From Podarcis liolepis (Eukaryota), in NCBI GenBank assembly GCA_965112155.1, contig OZ218107.1: a stretch of DNA of 64,000 nt, one strand, 5' to 3'. Under the pieces are notes generated by a model. It was not told the DNA's origin. It ran no database searches and saw only the letters and a program-made list of their open reading frames with translations. Within the stretch, counting starts at the first letter, position 1, and the number at the start of each line of letters is the position of its first letter. Below are positions 61,124-64,000 of the stretch, one piece after another. The position numbers were made by a program, and so were the translations under genes.

Positions 61124-64000
61124 CTGAGCCTCCTCCGCAGGTGCGAGGGGCGCCTCGGGCGAGGGGTGTGCCGCCGCGCGTGTGGCGAGGCGCCCGGCGG
61201 GTCCGGTGCCAGGGACACCGGGGAGGGCGGCCGGCCAGCGTGCGGCGCCGAGCGGGGTTCACGCCGGGACAGGGCAGCCTGGGCTGCTGTAATTGGAAAG
61301 CGGAGCGGGGAGGAGGAGGCGAGGGCAGCCCGGAGAAGCCCGGCGGCGCTTGCAAAGCTGGCCTTATTATAGCCCCGAGTTTTTCCCATGAGCTGCCAGC
61401 TCGGCCTCTGTGCTCCTCCGTGCAATTCGTCCAGCGTTTGTGCTTGAGTTGCATCGTGTTCAAGTGCTTGTGAGTTCTGCTTGCTCCCACAGGATTCAGG
61501 TAACGGCTCCGATCGTGGTGGATTTGTGCGTTTGTGTTCATCTAGGCCGTCCTGGTGGCTGCCATTGCGTCCTTTGCTGCAGGGGTGGTTGTGCATGTGC
61601 TGATGTGTCTCTTCCACATCCTTCAGATGCTCACAACTGTCAGAGAAACAACTAAGAAAAAAAAAGGAGGGGATATTGAGACCCTGTTCCCTTTCTATCA
61701 GTGCACTCCCCCCTTTATCAGTATCTTCATTGTGCTTTTCTGTCACTCGCAACAAAATTTCTGTAGTCTACCACAAGATTATGCACAGTCTGTTGCACCA
61801 TTGTGCCAGTCAAATAAGGTGATTTTCTTTTGTCCAGGTATAGTTCAGTAAAGCTGTATTGGGTTCATACTCTTTAGAGCAGGTGAGTCGTTCATAGCCC
61901 TTGCTCTTAAATTCAACCATCTATACAACCAAACTTGTTGTTCTTCCCCCTTTCTTTCTCACCACGGTCTCCCATCTCTTTTAGTCAAAGGATGCTAACT
62001 TCTGTAGTCTGCTTCACAAGCAGACCATGTTGAACCTTTCACCTGGAATGTCTTCACTGACAACATCTGCCAAACCACTGTATTAAAATTGTTCCTAAAA
62101 CATTGCTTGGGATCTGCTCTAGGATGTTGGGACAAGTAATTGCAGTAAAATATGGGGTACTGAAACACCACAAAAGCTATGTTTGATTCTCTCCCTCCCT
62201 CCAGCTTCTTGATATTCACTTATGTATCATTTACAATGTGTATTTGGGCCTTGTGGTCAGTGTGGTGGTGTTGTTTTATTTGTTAAGTAAGTTTAGATAT
62301 TAATGGCTTATTCTTTGCAATGTCTTAGGTACCTCACATCACTTAGGGACTTCATTAAACCTCAGTGGTGCACTGTTCTTGGCAATATTGTTTCCCCCCA
62401 CAATTTTTAAGTGCCTGAATTGTTTGTTTAGATCCTTGCAGGCATGGCCTTTCTTTACAAGAAATTTTACTGGTATGACTCCGTCTGGCTGACCAGTCTC
62501 TGGTGACCAGTCTCTGTTTTCCTTCTTAACTTGTCTTTCCCTAGAAAATTTGTTTCACAGAAAATTTATATTGTCAAGTGTTCTAGAACTCAATTCCTGT
62601 GTTCCAAATAAAACCTTTAATTTTGGAAATCTGTATTTGTAATGAAAGCTTTTATGTTGTTGGTGGGAGAGGACAAATAAGAAGAGTGTTTAAAGAAATC
62701 CTTATGTAAAATCTTTGTAATCCAATTTGCCTTCGGAGAAAGATTTCTGTGTAGTTCTCTTTGTTCTTAATGGATCATATTAGGCAGTACTGTACACTAT
62801 TACTGCTGAAAAAATATGAAGAATTTGCAACAATGTTTATATTTAAATAAGGATAGGATTATGCTGATTTGCAGTTTAGACACAAGCTGCTTCTCTAGGA
62901 ATGCAGCTGTAATAAAGTGATTTAAATAGTCCACTTCATTTGAAAACCCCCTTAAAATTCTGTGTGTCTGCATCACATACTGTCTTTAGTTCACCCAGCG
63001 GCAAATGGATACTTGACCCAGTGATCTCTAGAGTGATTAAAGTTGATACTTGGCAAAACCATATCCTTAGAAATCCTTTGAACTTTGACTACATCAGCCC
63101 ATGAGGTTGAGGAACAGACTTTATACACTTTTGTAGCAGGATTTCTGTTCATGTTTTCATGCACTCCCACAGAGTGCAGTAGGATTTACTTCTAATATGT
63201 GTGCATATTATTTCACTTTTAATTAAATGTAGTTTGGGGGCTTGATCTACTTTTGGAATGTCCCAGTGCAGGAATTAATGTGTTAAATTCCTTGGCTTGG
63301 TTCCAAAGGACTACTTTAGGCAAGCTTAGTAATTTTATTTTTAAAAAGTTCTGAATAGTGGATGAACACGACATATTGCAAGCTGCTTTGGAAACAGCCA
63401 ATCTTTGAGAGCTGCTGCTGGAAAATACAAGCCCAAAGGCCCACTGTATGTTTGGCAATGGCTGAATTACCAGGAAAAGCTAGAGATTCCTTGAATAGAA
63501 TCCACAAGCCGCACCTCCTGCCTGACCTCCACCAGTTTAGTATCTTCCACTGAGCCTCATAAATCACACAGCGGTGCCTACTCATAGGAGCCTGTATAAC
63601 TGCACTAAAATATGAGAAGTATGTCCTCATGAGTGTTATTTTTAATGTCTTTTTTTTTTTTACAAAAACCTGGGGGCACAAAACAAACAAAACCTTGCAG
63701 CAATAATCATCTTCCCCTTTGTTATCACTATACTTATGGGATGTGGGGTCTGCAAAGGGAAATACCTCAGTTGCTGGGCTCCTTCATTAGAGAATCTTTC
63801 AGGAAAGTATTTTTACTATTTTTATTCAACAACTGAGATACAGGGTGGATAGTACAAGATAGGAGTGACGAACCTTTCAGGTTGTGATTTTTTTATTCGC
63901 ATTACACAGACACCCTGCACTATGCCAGAATAATATTTAATAACAATACCACCTCATTTTATGGGTTGGAACCTTTTCTGCTACCGCTCCTTAAATCCTA

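Larger units (their letters stand above)
59750..61520. promoter_or_regulatory. CpG island, bidirectional promoter TMEM60 / (PHTF2)
   Basis: Dense CpG; six CCAAT/ATTGG boxes at 60110, 60153, 60210, 60355, 60394 and 60452; CRE-like TACGTCA at 60084; E2F-like sites. Confidence 0.85.

Noticed and set aside
59686-61851. Many 100-258 aa ORFs in the second CpG island
   Set aside because: CpG-island shadow ORFs. The longest runs through a MITE, and none resembles PHTF2 or another protein I recognise.

Overview
Vertebrate genomic DNA from a squamate reptile, probably a lacertid lizard (Sauria SINEs, BovB, L2 and CR1 ends, many TIR MITEs). The window holds a complete 8-exon RSBN1L gene on + (CDS 8361..47791, 2601 nt, 866 aa; every junction read as GT-AG and in phase). 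TMEM60 lies on - (single coding exon 55659..56063). A second CpG island at about 59.8-61.5 kb looks like a bidirectional promoter; by synteny the divergent gene should be PHTF2, but no PHTF2 coding sequence is visible. There is one 168-N assembly gap. Most notable: (1) three copies of a minimal hammerhead-ribozyme core in short, young Penelope-like insertions in RSBN1L introns, two of them forming a perfect 93-bp inverted repeat; (2) a TSD-flanked hAT element apparently carrying a captured CpG-island promoter/5'UTR, plus two other TIR elements with GC-rich interiors; (3) a 49-bp-arm palindrome in the TMEM60 intron; (4) a G-U-compatible hairpin built from two YY1 motifs upstream of RSBN1L. Gene and repeat family names come from recognition and were not checked against any database.
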